Shown piece by piece: positions 49,886 through 59,475 of a DNA stretch of 64,000 bases. A program made the translations under genes and the position numbers. Numbering within the stretch: position 1 is the first letter of the stretch; every line of letters starts with the position of its first letter. Below the pieces are notes generated by a model. It ran no database searches, had not been told where the DNA came from, and was given only the letters and a program-made list of their open reading frames with translations. The stretch covers positions 11,964 through 75,963 of the forward strand of contig JAKBMM010000008.1 of NCBI GenBank assembly GCA_021831565.1, read 5' to 3'. Origin of the DNA: Planctomycetota bacterium. Lineage in GTDB: Bacteria > Planctomycetota > Phycisphaerae > WQYP01.

Positions 49886-50689
49886 CTACGGCGTTACGAT
49901 CATCTGCGGGAATTTGCCGGCCAGGGTCGAACGTGCCGCCAGTGCCGCGGCGTAGGTCGCGTAAACTCCACTTTGAACCAGGTACAATGTCTTGCCGCCA
50001 ATGATCGCGGGTACGACTCGCGCTGCAACCCCGCCCTGCTCCAGTGCCGCAACCTGTCTCCATGCCGCGGCCGGAATCGCCCACGCGCCGAATTGCAGTG
50101 TGAAGTGATTCTGGGAAAGCCTGGGCGTGGCGGCGCGAGCCGAAGCGGTGTTGGGATAAAGTGTCTGCAAGCGGGAAAGATAAATCCGCCCCGCTTGCCA
50201 CTGCCCCATATTCTGCAGCGATACCCCGAGCCGAAACAGCAGCCCGGAGGAGGGTTGTGCGGCTGGATTTGCCCGCAGGGAGCGGCGATAGTCGGAAATC
50301 GCCCGTCTGTAGTGGCCGTGGGTATAGGCCATGTCGCCAAGTGCCTTGTAGCTTTTGGATAAAAGGTCCGGTCGTTGGCTCTGCGCGATGGCCCGCCGAT
50401 AATCCGTGCGGGCGCCGGGTATGTTTCCCTGCGCTTCCTCCGAAATAGCCGCCAGATAATAGGCTTCGTCAAGATCGGGGCTTTGCGGATGGCTTTGAAT
50501 GTATTGTTGCGCCGTGGTCTGCGCTTCGCTGTAATTGCGGCTCTCATAAACTTGATAACCGCTTTGTAGACTTGGTCCAGGAGGTTGCGGCGCCTGGCAG
50601 CCGGTAAGACAAGTCGCCAGTGCGATCCCAATAGCCATCGCGATTAACTTAATCGTATTGGCTCTGTAAAATAATGTCTGATTTTTCAT
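49886..50689 (-). CDS. TPR-repeat lipoprotein with a C-terminal SPOR domain
   Basis: Lipobox LATCLTGC, tetratricopeptide repeats, SPOR-like C-terminus (FTLQFGAW...). Confidence 0.6.
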   Translation of the reverse strand: MKNQTLFYRANTIKLIAMAIGIALATCLTGCQAPQPPGPSLQSGYQVYESRNYSEAQTTAQQYIQSHPQSPDLDEAYYLAAISEEAQGNIPGARTDYRRAIAQSQRPDLLSKSYKALGDMAYTHGHYRRAISDYRRSLRANPAAQPSSGLLFRLGVSLQNMGQWQAGRIYLSRLQTLYPNTASARAATPRLSQNHFTLQFGAWAIPAAAWRQVAALEQGGVAARVVPAIIGGKTLYLVQSGVYATYAAALAARSTLAGKFPQMIVTP

Positions 50690-50726
50690 CGTTGGCTACC
50701 CTGTTGGTGAAACAGTACCGCTTCGG

Positions 50727-50745
50727 TCCCGATAGCCATCGGGAT
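50727..50745. repeat. Palindrome TCCCGATAGCCATCGGGAT between the rplS 3' end and the lipoprotein gene start (extra half-site TTCCCGATCC at 50758)
   Basis: 17-mer CCGATAGCCATCGGGAT is identical to 52467-52483. Same arm family as the coaD-flanking palindromes. Confidence 0.5.
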
Positions 50746-50786
50746 AGCTCTGGATATTCCCGATCCGAACCCATTCCCAAGAATTA

Positions 50787-51323
50787 TTAAGTTCCGGTAT
50801 CCGCCGGCGCTTCCGTCGGCAACGTCACTTGCGAAGTTGCGGCCGTTGCCGAGTTCGTGGAGGTTTCCGGTCCCACCGGGGCGGGTGGTTCCACGGGCAA
50901 CGTCGCTTTTGGAGTTGCGGTCGTCGCCAGGCTCACGGGAATTTCTTGAGCCGCCGGTGCATCCGCCGGGACGATCGGATCGCCTTCTTTCAAGCGTGTA
51001 GCTTTGCCGGTTCGCTCTCGCAGATAGTAAAGCTTCGCTCGCCGTACCTTGCTCTGTCGCTTCACTTCGAGCTTTTCAATTTTTGGAGAGTGGAGGGGAA
51101 AAATGCGCTCCACCCCCTCGTTATTGACAATTCGCCGCACGGTGAACGTGGCATTGAGGCCGGTTCCTCTTCGTGCAATCACGGTGCCCGAAAAAATCTG
51201 GATGCGCTCCTTCTCGCCTTCGACAATCCGGCAGTGTACGTCCACCAGGTCGCCTACTTGAAAAGACAGCGGGCTGGCTCGCAGATGTTTCGATTCGACA
51301 TGGGTCAGTAAGGTGTTTGGCAC
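50787..51323 (-). CDS. rplS: 50S ribosomal protein L19 with a roughly 60-aa Pro/Ala/Thr-rich C-terminal extension
   Basis: Core MPNTLLTHVESKHLR...VRRAKLYYLRERTGK, then a low-complexity tail PIVPADAPAAQEIPV... Confidence 0.85.
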   Translation of the reverse strand: MPNTLLTHVESKHLRASPLSFQVGDLVDVHCRIVEGEKERIQIFSGTVIARRGTGLNATFTVRRIVNNEGVERIFPLHSPKIEKLEVKRQSKVRRAKLYYLRERTGKATRLKEGDPIVPADAPAAQEIPVSLATTATPKATLPVEPPAPVGPETSTNSATAATSQVTLPTEAPADTGT

Positions 51324-51325
51324 GG

Positions 51326-52075
51326 TTATGCTCCTGTTTTTTCTTTTTCGGCCGCAAAATTCATGGGGTTTGCGGCGGATCCGGCGAGCAGATCCGGACG
51401 GCGCCGGATGGTTTTCTCCCGCGACCGCTGCGCCCGCCAGGCGGCAATTGCCGGATGGTCGCCGGAAAGAAGAATTTCCGGGACGCTCTGTCCAAGAAAA
51501 CTTCGTGGCCGCGTGTACTGCGGATATTCCAATCCGCCCGCGATTGTCGGATCATCGGCGGTGAACGACTCTCCGCAATGGCTCTCCTGGTCGCCCAGAA
51601 CGCCCGGAATCAGGCGAATCACACCGTCCAGCACCACCATTGCCGGGATTTCTCCTCCGGAGAGCACATAATCACCAATGCTGATTTCCAGCGGTGTAAG
51701 TAATTCTCGGATTCGCTCGTCGAATCCTTCGTAGTGGCCCGCGATCAGCAACAGGCGCCGGCATCCACAAAGTTCCCTCGCCTGCAACTGCGTAAAGCGG
51801 GATCCTTGCGGGCAGAGCAGAATCCGCCTCGCCGGTCGCGGATCCATCTGTTCCACTTGTCTTACGGCATCCACCACCGGCTGGCACATCAGAACCATGC
51901 CGGGACCACCGCCGTAGGGTCTTTCATCAACCTTGCGGTGCGGGTCACGGGTATAGTCCCGCAGTTGATGCAGGTGATACTCCGCCAGCCCCTTCGCTGC
52001 CGCGCGTTTTAGAATGCTCGCCTGCAATACGCCCGCGAACATCTCCGGAAATAACGTTACAATGTCAACCCGCAT
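51326..52075 (-). CDS. trmD: tRNA (guanine37-N1)-methyltransferase
   Basis: MRVDIVTLFPEMF...RPYGGGPGMV, SPOUT fold. Confidence 0.9.
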   Translation of the reverse strand: MRVDIVTLFPEMFAGVLQASILKRAAAKGLAEYHLHQLRDYTRDPHRKVDERPYGGGPGMVLMCQPVVDAVRQVEQMDPRPARRILLCPQGSRFTQLQARELCGCRRLLLIAGHYEGFDERIRELLTPLEISIGDYVLSGGEIPAMVVLDGVIRLIPGVLGDQESHCGESFTADDPTIAGGLEYPQYTRPRSFLGQSVPEILLSGDHPAIAAWRAQRSREKTIRRRPDLLAGSAANPMNFAAEKEKTGA

Positions 52076-52364
52076 GTTCCGACGTCACTGGCGCGGCGGC
52101 GGGCGGTTGGACGACGGCGCTATCCACGGCGTGTCGCAGCAGGCCGGCCACCGTTGCACTCGGCTGGGCGCCGACTGTAAGCCAGTATTTCACGCGGGCC
52201 TTGTTCACGCGCACACGGTGGCTCGGATCCGTGGCTAACGGATCATAAAAACCCAACTCTTCGATGACCTTGCCGTCCCGCGGTGCACGGCTGTCCACCG
52301 CGTTAATCCGCCAGAAGGCCCGGTTCTTTCTGCCAAATCGTTTCAACCGAATCTTTACCGCCAC
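52065..52364 (-). CDS. rpsP: 30S ribosomal protein S16
   Basis: MAVKIRLKRFGRKNRAFWRI... Overlaps the trmD start by 11 nt; no rimM gene lies between them. Confidence 0.9.
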   Translation of the reverse strand: MAVKIRLKRFGRKNRAFWRINAVDSRAPRDGKVIEELGFYDPLATDPSHRVRVNKARVKYWLTVGAQPSATVAGLLRHAVDSAVVQPPAAAPVTSEHAG

Positions 52365-52464
52365 GCCAACCCTCGTGTAAAAAACCCGTGAAAACTGAAA
52401 ACAACGGTTCCGTTCCGTTTTGAATCGCCCGCTTCTTCGCCAGGCGGTTACGCCTGCCTGACAA

Positions 52465-52483
52465 TTCCGATAGCCATCGGGAT
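52465..52483. repeat. Palindrome TTCCGATAGCCATCGGGAT about 100 nt upstream of rpsP
   Basis: Shares an identical 17-mer with 50729-50745. Followed by a further GGATAGCC half-copy. Confidence 0.5.
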
Positions 52484-52890
52484 CGGGCGGATAGCCTTCG
52501 CCCGCGACAGCAAGGCCTTAAACCAAAATCCTACTGAGTTTCTCTGCGACTTGCAAATCCCCTGGGTTTGGGTCGATCGCGGGGGCGCCGGGGATGACAA
52601 TTTTTCGGGGGCGCCTCAGAGCGCGGACGTCCCCGTCCGCATGGGTCAGATGGTGCGGAAACCGCGATCCGGCCGAATACCGTCCAATAGCGGAGATTGT
52701 ACCACCCCGAAAAATTGTCACACATTCGATCACCGATCGCAGGGGGGGGAAGAAAAAAAATCTCGGCGACTTGAAGCATCACCCGTCCATGATGTTATAA
52801 TGCTTCTACCGATTCCGCCGCCGGACGGGAAGATGGCTCAACAAGGATGTGCGTCGCGGCGGAATCCGCCGGCATGGATGGCGACAGATC

Positions 52891-53229
52891 ATGTACAAAA
52901 TGCTCGCCTGTCTGGTGGCCTTTCTTCTGATGACAACGGTGCTTCTGGGCTTGCGGCGCACGCGGCTTTCTCTGACCAGCCAATCCGCGCATCTGTTTGA
53001 GCAGATCATTCAGCGGCGGCATATCATTTGGGACCTGCAAACGCGCATTGCCGCAAGTACCAATCCGATTGTACTGGCAAAGGAATTGAAAAAAGAAAAA
53101 AAGTCCCAGCCGGCACCGCTGGGTCCACCCAATACGGACCGGGCGAAAATAGCGTCTCAGGCGTCCACGAGCGGCCTGCCCAGTGTGGTTCCCGCGTCGG
53201 CGCGCTGGGGTGACGCCGCGGGACAATAA
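52891..53229 (+). CDS. Possible FtsL-like cell-division protein
   Basis: 112 aa. N-terminal TM (MYKMLACLVAFLLMTTVLLGL) followed by a short helical, Lys/Glu-rich segment. Lies directly upstream of ftsI. Low sequence information. Confidence 0.35.
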   Translation: MYKMLACLVAFLLMTTVLLGLRRTRLSLTSQSAHLFEQIIQRRHIIWDLQTRIAASTNPIVLAKELKKEKKSQPAPLGPPNTDRAKIASQASTSGLPSVVPASARWGDAAGQ

Positions 53230-53284
53230 AAATCTACATGCGTCGCGCTGGCATGAGTGTAACAGTCGACGAAAGGCCGATGGT

Positions 53285-55228
53285 ATGGCGGAAGCTCACG
53301 GAAGAAAGACCATGGCGCCCATCCAACGCGCCCAAAGCCTCTCCACACTGGTATTGTTGGCCAGCGTGGTGCTGCTGGTGGCGCTGCTGGGACGGGTCTT
53401 CTGGCTCCAGACGCACGTCACGCGCAGCGATATCCGTAATCTTCGCTCCCAGCACGATGTGCGCGCCAGACTCATGGCGCGCCGTGCCTCCATTTATACC
53501 GGCGATTCAACCCTGATCGCCGGTTCTGTCCGCGTTTACAACATGTTTGCGGATCCGGGTTTGATTTTTGATCCCCATGGAAAGCTCAATGCTCTTTCCG
53601 GTCCTTCGCTGATCGCGGCGCGGCGAATAATGGCCAAAGCCGTGGGAAAACTGCTTCACATGGATCCGTCATCCCTTCTCGCTTGGCTTCGCTCGCGCCT
53701 GTATTACCCGAATGGCCGCCTTCGCCGCTTTCTATGGCTCAAGCGCGGCGCGAATCACGCCTTCTACGCACGGTTCGAAAAAATCCGCCATCATCTGCTC
53801 CTCCAGGCGCGCCGTCAGAGCAGAGCGCGGCAATTCGTTCGCGCCGGTGAATACTTTCACGCCCTCGACGGCGTTGGTTTCCTGCGTTCCACGCGCCGCG
53901 TTTATCCACTCGGTCATTTTGCCGGACAGGTCATAGGCTTTGCCAATTCGCACCGGGGGTTGGAGGGCATCGAAGAGCAGCTCAATGCCCTGCTGGCGGG
54001 TCGCAACGGGCAGGTGATTTATGTGAAAGACGCCGCCGAACGGGCGCTGTGGATCAACCGGCGTGGCTACCGGCTGCCCGACAACGGCATGAAGGTCTGG
54101 CTGACCCTGAACAGCACGATCCAAGGCATCGCCCAGATGCAACTGGACAAGGCCTGTCGCAAATTTCAGGCGCGCAGCGGCGTGGCCGTTGTGATGAATC
54201 CGTACAATGGCGACATTCTGGCGATGGCCAATTATCCGACTCTGAATCCCAACGACTATCAAAAAACGCCGCCGCAGTTCTGGCGCAACCGCGCGGTCAC
54301 GGACCCGTATGAGTGCGGCTCCGCATTTAAGCCGTTCAATCTTGCCTGGGCCTTGAAAAAACACGTGATCACGCTTTCGGAGAAGTTTTACTGTTACCAT
54401 GGTCGCTACCGCGATCCCACCGGCCGACTCATTAAGGATGTCGGCGGCTGGGGATTTCTCTCCGTGGAAAATATTCTGGTGCATTCCAGCAACATTGGTA
54501 TGACGCAAATCGGCTGGAAAATGGGAATACGCCGACTTTACGACGCCGTGACGACTTTCGGTTTCGGTCGGATGACTGGCTGCCTCCTCCCCGGCGAATC
54601 GCCGGGAATTGTCCGGCCGCTGCATCAATGGACCAAGGGCACATTAACCTCGGCCAGCTTTGGCTATGGCGTGGCCGTCACGCCACTGCAACTCGCCCGG
54701 GCATTTTGTACGTTTGCCAATGGAGGCTGGCTGATCACGCCGCAGATTGTCAAGGCCGTCGAAACGCGAACCGGAAAACTGGAAACCTGGTCGCAAATCG
54801 CCGGACCGCCGCGGGCGCGGAAAATACTGCCGCGCCGTGTATGTACCGAGTTGATTGGCGCGATGGAACAGGTGATGGTGCGTGGAACCGGGCAATACGC
54901 GATTTCGCCGGTGTATCGGCTCTACGGCAAGACGGGTACCGCCAACCTGGCTCTCGCCGGTCAGGATGGTTATCACTCCCATCAATACAACGCCACATTT
55001 ATCGCCGGCGGCCCGACGCCCGCGCCGCGATTGATATGCGTCGTCGCCGTGCATAAGCCGAATCCGCACCTGGGCCATTACGGCGGAACGGTGGCTGGCC
55101 CGGCTTGCTCGCGAATTCTAACGGACTCTTTGGAATATCTTCAGGTTCCGCCCGACCAGGGGCCGGCGACCGATCCCTGGTGGGGTAAGGAGTCGCTGCT
55201 CAAGAAGCTTAAGGGGCTAAGTCATTGA
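53285..55228 (+). CDS. ftsI: Peptidoglycan D,D-transpeptidase (class B PBP, FtsI/PBP2-like)
   Basis: N-terminal TM, dimerisation domain, transpeptidase motifs SAFK, SSN and KTGT. Confidence 0.8.
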   Translation: MAEAHGRKTMAPIQRAQSLSTLVLLASVVLLVALLGRVFWLQTHVTRSDIRNLRSQHDVRARLMARRASIYTGDSTLIAGSVRVYNMFADPGLIFDPHGKLNALSGPSLIAARRIMAKAVGKLLHMDPSSLLAWLRSRLYYPNGRLRRFLWLKRGANHAFYARFEKIRHHLLLQARRQSRARQFVRAGEYFHALDGVGFLRSTRRVYPLGHFAGQVIGFANSHRGLEGIEEQLNALLAGRNGQVIYVKDAAERALWINRRGYRLPDNGMKVWLTLNSTIQGIAQMQLDKACRKFQARSGVAVVMNPYNGDILAMANYPTLNPNDYQKTPPQFWRNRAVTDPYECGSAFKPFNLAWALKKHVITLSEKFYCYHGRYRDPTGRLIKDVGGWGFLSVENILVHSSNIGMTQIGWKMGIRRLYDAVTTFGFGRMTGCLLPGESPGIVRPLHQWTKGTLTSASFGYGVAVTPLQLARAFCTFANGGWLITPQIVKAVETRTGKLETWSQIAGPPRARKILPRRVCTELIGAMEQVMVRGTGQYAISPVYRLYGKTGTANLALAGQDGYHSHQYNATFIAGGPTPAPRLICVVAVHKPNPHLGHYGGTVAGPACSRILTDSLEYLQVPPDQGPATDPWWGKESLLKKLKGLSH

Positions 55229-56742
55229 AGTTGCGTGAACTCATCCGCGATATTCCCGTGCCTATCCGGGTGGCCGGCGACCTGGATACCGATATCCGCC
55301 GCGTGGTGGAGGATTCACGCCAGGTGCGGGCCGGCGATTTGTTCGTGGCTCGTCCGGGCGTGCGGTCTTCGGGAGAGCGGTTCATTCAGGAAGCCCTCGC
55401 CCGCGGCGCCGTCGCCGTACTAAGCGATTCTTCCTCATCGGTTTTCCCGGTCAGCGCGAACCGGCCAGTCGCCTTTCTCCAGACCAGCCGGCCCGCGACC
55501 GCACTGGGGTGGTTGGCCCAGCGGATATACTCGGACCCGGCCCGCGATCTGCGCCTTTTCGCCGTTACGGGTACGAACGGCAAAACCACCACTGCCTATC
55601 TGGTCCGGGAAATTTTGCGAGCCGCCGGGTTCAACTGCGGCTTGATCGGAACTGTACAAACGGATGATGGCCGAACGGTTCTCGAAAGCGCCATGACTAC
55701 ACCCGGCCCCGTGGAGTTGGCCGATCTGCTGGCGCGGATGCGCCGCAATGGCGCCACGGCCGCGGTGCTGGAAGCCAGCAGCCACGCCCTGGCACAGGAA
55801 CGTCTGGTTGGTATAAATATACATGTAGCCATGTTTACTAATCTTACCGGCGATCATCTGGATTACCACGCCACCATGGACAACTACGCCGCCGCCAAAG
55901 CGCGCTTGTTCGACGCGCTCTCGCCGGATGGTTTTGCCGTCGTCAACGCCGATGATCCTTGGTCGCGGCGAATGCTGCAAAACACCGCGGCGAAAGCGGT
56001 CTCTTATGCGCTGCGCTCCCCCGCTGATTTTTCCGCCATGATAGGCCGTTGCGACGCGGCCGGCATGGATATGCTGGTGCACGGACCTTCCGGCTTGCAA
56101 TGGAACGTGTCCAGCGTGCTGGTGGGGCGGCATAATGCCCAAAACATTCTTTGCGCGGCGGTGGCGGCCTGGTGTGGCGGCATCGCACCGGAATACATTT
56201 TGCGCGGTGTGCGGAACTTGTCCTGCGTTCCCGGCCGGCTCGAGCCGGTCATGGCGCCGGGCGTGCGCTGGTCGCAAATGCCCTTCCATGCGCTGGTGGA
56301 TTACGCCCACACGCATGATGCGTTGGAAAATGTGCTCCAGGCCGTGCGCCCCTGGACACAGGGCCGGATCATCTGCGTTTTCGGCTGCGGCGGCGATCGC
56401 GACTCCAGCAAGCGCCCGAAAATGGCCGCCGTGGCGGAGCGGCTGAGTGACCTGGTGATCGTCACCAGCGATAATCCCCGCAACGAGTCGCCGGACGCTA
56501 TTATCCAGATGATCCTCGCCGGCTTTTCCTCCGCCATGGGCGAGCGCTTGCGCGTGTGTTCTGATCGCGCCGCGGCCATTGATCTGGCCATAGCGCTGGC
56601 CCAGCCGGGAGATATGGTTTTGATCGCCGGTAAAGGACATGAAAAATATCAGATTATCGGAGCCCAGCGGAGCTATTTCGATGACGTCGAACAGGCCGGC
56701 CGGGCTTTGGCGGCGCGATTCGGAATTCGGGCGGCGGGATAA
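55225..56742 (+). CDS. murE: UDP-N-acetylmuramoyl-L-alanyl-D-glutamate--2,6-diaminopimelate ligase
   Basis: P-loop GTNGKTTT, Mur ligase middle and C-terminal domains, DNPR motif (meso-DAP type). Confidence 0.9.
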   Translation: MKLRELIRDIPVPIRVAGDLDTDIRRVVEDSRQVRAGDLFVARPGVRSSGERFIQEALARGAVAVLSDSSSSVFPVSANRPVAFLQTSRPATALGWLAQRIYSDPARDLRLFAVTGTNGKTTTAYLVREILRAAGFNCGLIGTVQTDDGRTVLESAMTTPGPVELADLLARMRRNGATAAVLEASSHALAQERLVGINIHVAMFTNLTGDHLDYHATMDNYAAAKARLFDALSPDGFAVVNADDPWSRRMLQNTAAKAVSYALRSPADFSAMIGRCDAAGMDMLVHGPSGLQWNVSSVLVGRHNAQNILCAAVAAWCGGIAPEYILRGVRNLSCVPGRLEPVMAPGVRWSQMPFHALVDYAHTHDALENVLQAVRPWTQGRIICVFGCGGDRDSSKRPKMAAVAERLSDLVIVTSDNPRNESPDAIIQMILAGFSSAMGERLRVCSDRAAAIDLAIALAQPGDMVLIAGKGHEKYQIIGAQRSYFDDVEQAGRALAARFGIRAAG

Positions 56743-56763
56743 GGACACTTTAGCCGTGGAACC

Positions 56764-58231
56764 ATGGACTTTTGAGCAGATTCGCCGGGTTACATTGAGT
56801 CGCCGGCTTAACCGCGGCGAACTCGAATTTCGCGGGCGAATTTGCATCGACAGCCGGCAGGTGATGGAAGGCGATCTATTTATCGCCATCCGCGGACGCA
56901 AGCACGACGCTCACCGATTCATCAGGCAGGTTGTGGCCGGCGGCGCGGCGGGCCTTCTAGTGGATCGCCCCCTTGATCCGGACGTGACCCGCCTGGTTAC
57001 GCGGTCTTCTGTGACTCTGCTGCATGCTGACGATACGATCGGCGCCATGAACCGCCTGGCCGCCGCTTATCGCCGCGATATTCGCGCCAAGGTCATCGCC
57101 GTCGGCGGATCCAATGGAAAAACCACCACCAAGCAGATTATCTATACCCTGCTTGCACGCCGCTTTGCGGGTATCGCCAGTCCCAAAAGCTTCAATAACA
57201 ATATCGGGTTGCCCTTGGCGATTCTAAGCGTTCAAGCCCGGTACGAATATGTCGTCCTGGAGGTGGGAACCAGCGCGCCGGGGGAAATTGCGGCCTTGGG
57301 ACACGTGGCTATGCCCGATATGGCGGTGATTACGGGTATCGGCCTGGAACACATGGAATTTCTGGGTGGCTTACCGGAAATCGCCCGTGAAGAGGCCGCC
57401 TTGGCCCGATTTATTCGCCCCGGCGGAATACTGATTCTCACAAATCTCTCCCCGGAATTGCTTGCGGCCCTGCGACTGTTGCGTACGCCGCGCCTCACGG
57501 TGGGGCCGGCGGGGACCGGCGCGGATCTGGAGGCAACGTCCATCATCGAAAATATGGATGGTTGTCGGTTCGTGATCAACGGCCGCACCAGCTACCATCT
57601 GCCATTGCTTGGCCGCCACAATGTCTTCAATACGCTTCTGGCCATTGCCGTCGCCCGGCGAATGGGCCTGAGTGAAGAGGAAATTGCCGCGGGGCTGCTT
57701 ACCGTCAAGCCTTCTCCTATGCGCCTGGAAATTCAACAGGTTCAGCGGCACTTTGTACTCAACGATGCCTACAACGCCAATCCGGCCAGCATGTGCGCCG
57801 CTCTGGAAACATTTGCTGGAATCTATCCGCCCGCAGCCGTCGGCCGGTCGGTTCGCCGCGTGGCGATCCTGGGCGACATGTTGGAACTGGGTGGCCAGAG
57901 CGATTTTCTGCATCGCCAGGTCGGCCGGCAGGTGGCGGCCCATCGCATCGACTTTTTCATCGCCATCGGCCCGTCCATGAAATGCGCCGCGGACGAAGCG
58001 GCGGCGGCAGGCGTGCCGGTTCACCATTTCCCGGATACCCCGACGGCGGCAGAGCGAATTGCCCCGCTTCTCCTGCCGTTTGATGCTATTTTGCTCAAGG
58101 CTTCCCGCGGTATGCGGTTGGAATTGATTCTGGACGCCCTGCGCGGCGGGGGGGAATCTTCTCGTCCAGCCGGCGCGGTGGTTGGGGCGCAGGAACCTCG
58201 TGAGATCTTCGGACTGGAAAGGATCGTTTAA
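56764..58231 (+). CDS. murF: UDP-N-acetylmuramoyl-tripeptide--D-alanyl-D-alanine ligase
   Basis: GSNGKTTT P-loop, Mur ligase fold. The ORF extends to 56639; ATG 56764 (MEPWTFEQI) avoids overlap with murE. Confidence 0.85.
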
Positions 58232-58233
58232 CC

Positions 58234-59349
58234 TTGCTTTACTTTCTGTACACATGGCTGGCGACACACCATTGGGTGGAGCAGGATCTTCCTTTCAAAC
58301 TGGTCATTTTTCGCTCGGTATTAGCCATTATTTTCAGTTTTCTTGTGGTATTGCTCTCCGGTGGCCCCGTGATTCGCTGGCTGCTGAAGATGAAACTTAA
58401 CGGTCGGCCGGAGTTTCACAACGCCACTCTCAACGCCATGACAAAAGACAAGGCCAACACGCCAACCATGGGCGGGCTGCTGATTTCTGGTGCGATCTTT
58501 CTTACCACGCTGCTCTTCGCCCGCATCGACAACTTTTATGTCATCATGGGCTTGGGATGCCTGGTTTGGCTGGCGGTGCTTGGCGGTGTCGACGACTGGC
58601 TCAAACTTACCGCCGCGCGGCGGAATCCCGGCAGCCGCGACGGTCTTTACTGGTGGGAAAAGATCGTCTTCCAAATCGGTCTGGGAATGTTGATGGCCCT
58701 GTTCATCTATTACCACGGCAAATACAACCAGGCACATTATCTAAACTGGCCCCTGCTGCCGCGTAATATCGTTCTGCCTACTTACCTTTTTGCGATTATC
58801 ACGGTCGTCGTCATCACGGGCAGCAGCAATGCCGTCAACCTTACAGACGGTATGGATGGCTTGGCCAGCGGGTGTGTGGCAATTGTGGCTTTTGCCTTCA
58901 TGGCGCTGGCGTATGTCACCGGCGACGCTCGCTGGGCCGCCAATCTCCACTTCAACCATATCCGCTTCTCCGGAGAATTAGCGGTTCTTTGCGGCGCCAT
59001 GGGAGGAGCCTGTCTGGGGTTTCTCTGGTTCAACTGCAATCCCGCCCAGGTTTTCATGGGCGACACCGGGTCCCTGGCGCTCGGTGGTGTGATCGGTTAT
59101 GTCGCCATCGTAATTCGCCAGGAACCGATGTTGTTCATGGTGGGCGGAGTTTTCGTAATCGAAGCTCTGAGCGTCATCATTCAAACCAGTTATTTTAAGG
59201 CTACGGGAGGAAAAAGAGTATTTCTATGCAGTCCGATTCATCATCATTTTCATCTCAAGGGGTGGAGCGAATCGCAGATCGTTGTGCGGTTCTGGTTGCT
59301 TTCGGCGTTGTTCGCCGCATTGGCCCTGGCAACCGTTAAACTTCGCTAA
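58234..59349 (+). CDS. mraY: Phospho-N-acetylmuramoyl-pentapeptide transferase
   Basis: 10-TM protein with NAVNLTDGMDGLA and the HHHFHL motif. Confidence 0.9.
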   Translation: MLYFLYTWLATHHWVEQDLPFKLVIFRSVLAIIFSFLVVLLSGGPVIRWLLKMKLNGRPEFHNATLNAMTKDKANTPTMGGLLISGAIFLTTLLFARIDNFYVIMGLGCLVWLAVLGGVDDWLKLTAARRNPGSRDGLYWWEKIVFQIGLGMLMALFIYYHGKYNQAHYLNWPLLPRNIVLPTYLFAIITVVVITGSSNAVNLTDGMDGLASGCVAIVAFAFMALAYVTGDARWAANLHFNHIRFSGELAVLCGAMGGACLGFLWFNCNPAQVFMGDTGSLALGGVIGYVAIVIRQEPMLFMVGGVFVIEALSVIIQTSYFKATGGKRVFLCSPIHHHFHLKGWSESQIVVRFWLLSALFAALALATVKLR

Positions 59350-59350
59350 G

Positions 59351-59386
59351 GGGCCGTCAAGAAATAAGGTTATTTCTTGACGGCCC
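59351..59386 (+). terminator. Perfect 17-bp inverted repeat (GGGCCGTCAAGAAATAA / TTATTTCTTGACGGCCC), 2 nt after the mraY stop
   Basis: Seen directly in the sequence. No U-tract follows, so it is a terminator-like hairpin of uncertain mechanism. Confidence 0.5.
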
Positions 59387-59475
59387 TAAGTCCGCCTTGC
59401 CGTGACACTCCGCCAGGTGCCCCGGCGGACGGTACAGGGTATAAGATTGGTTGAGCTATTTTAGAAGGAGCGCTG

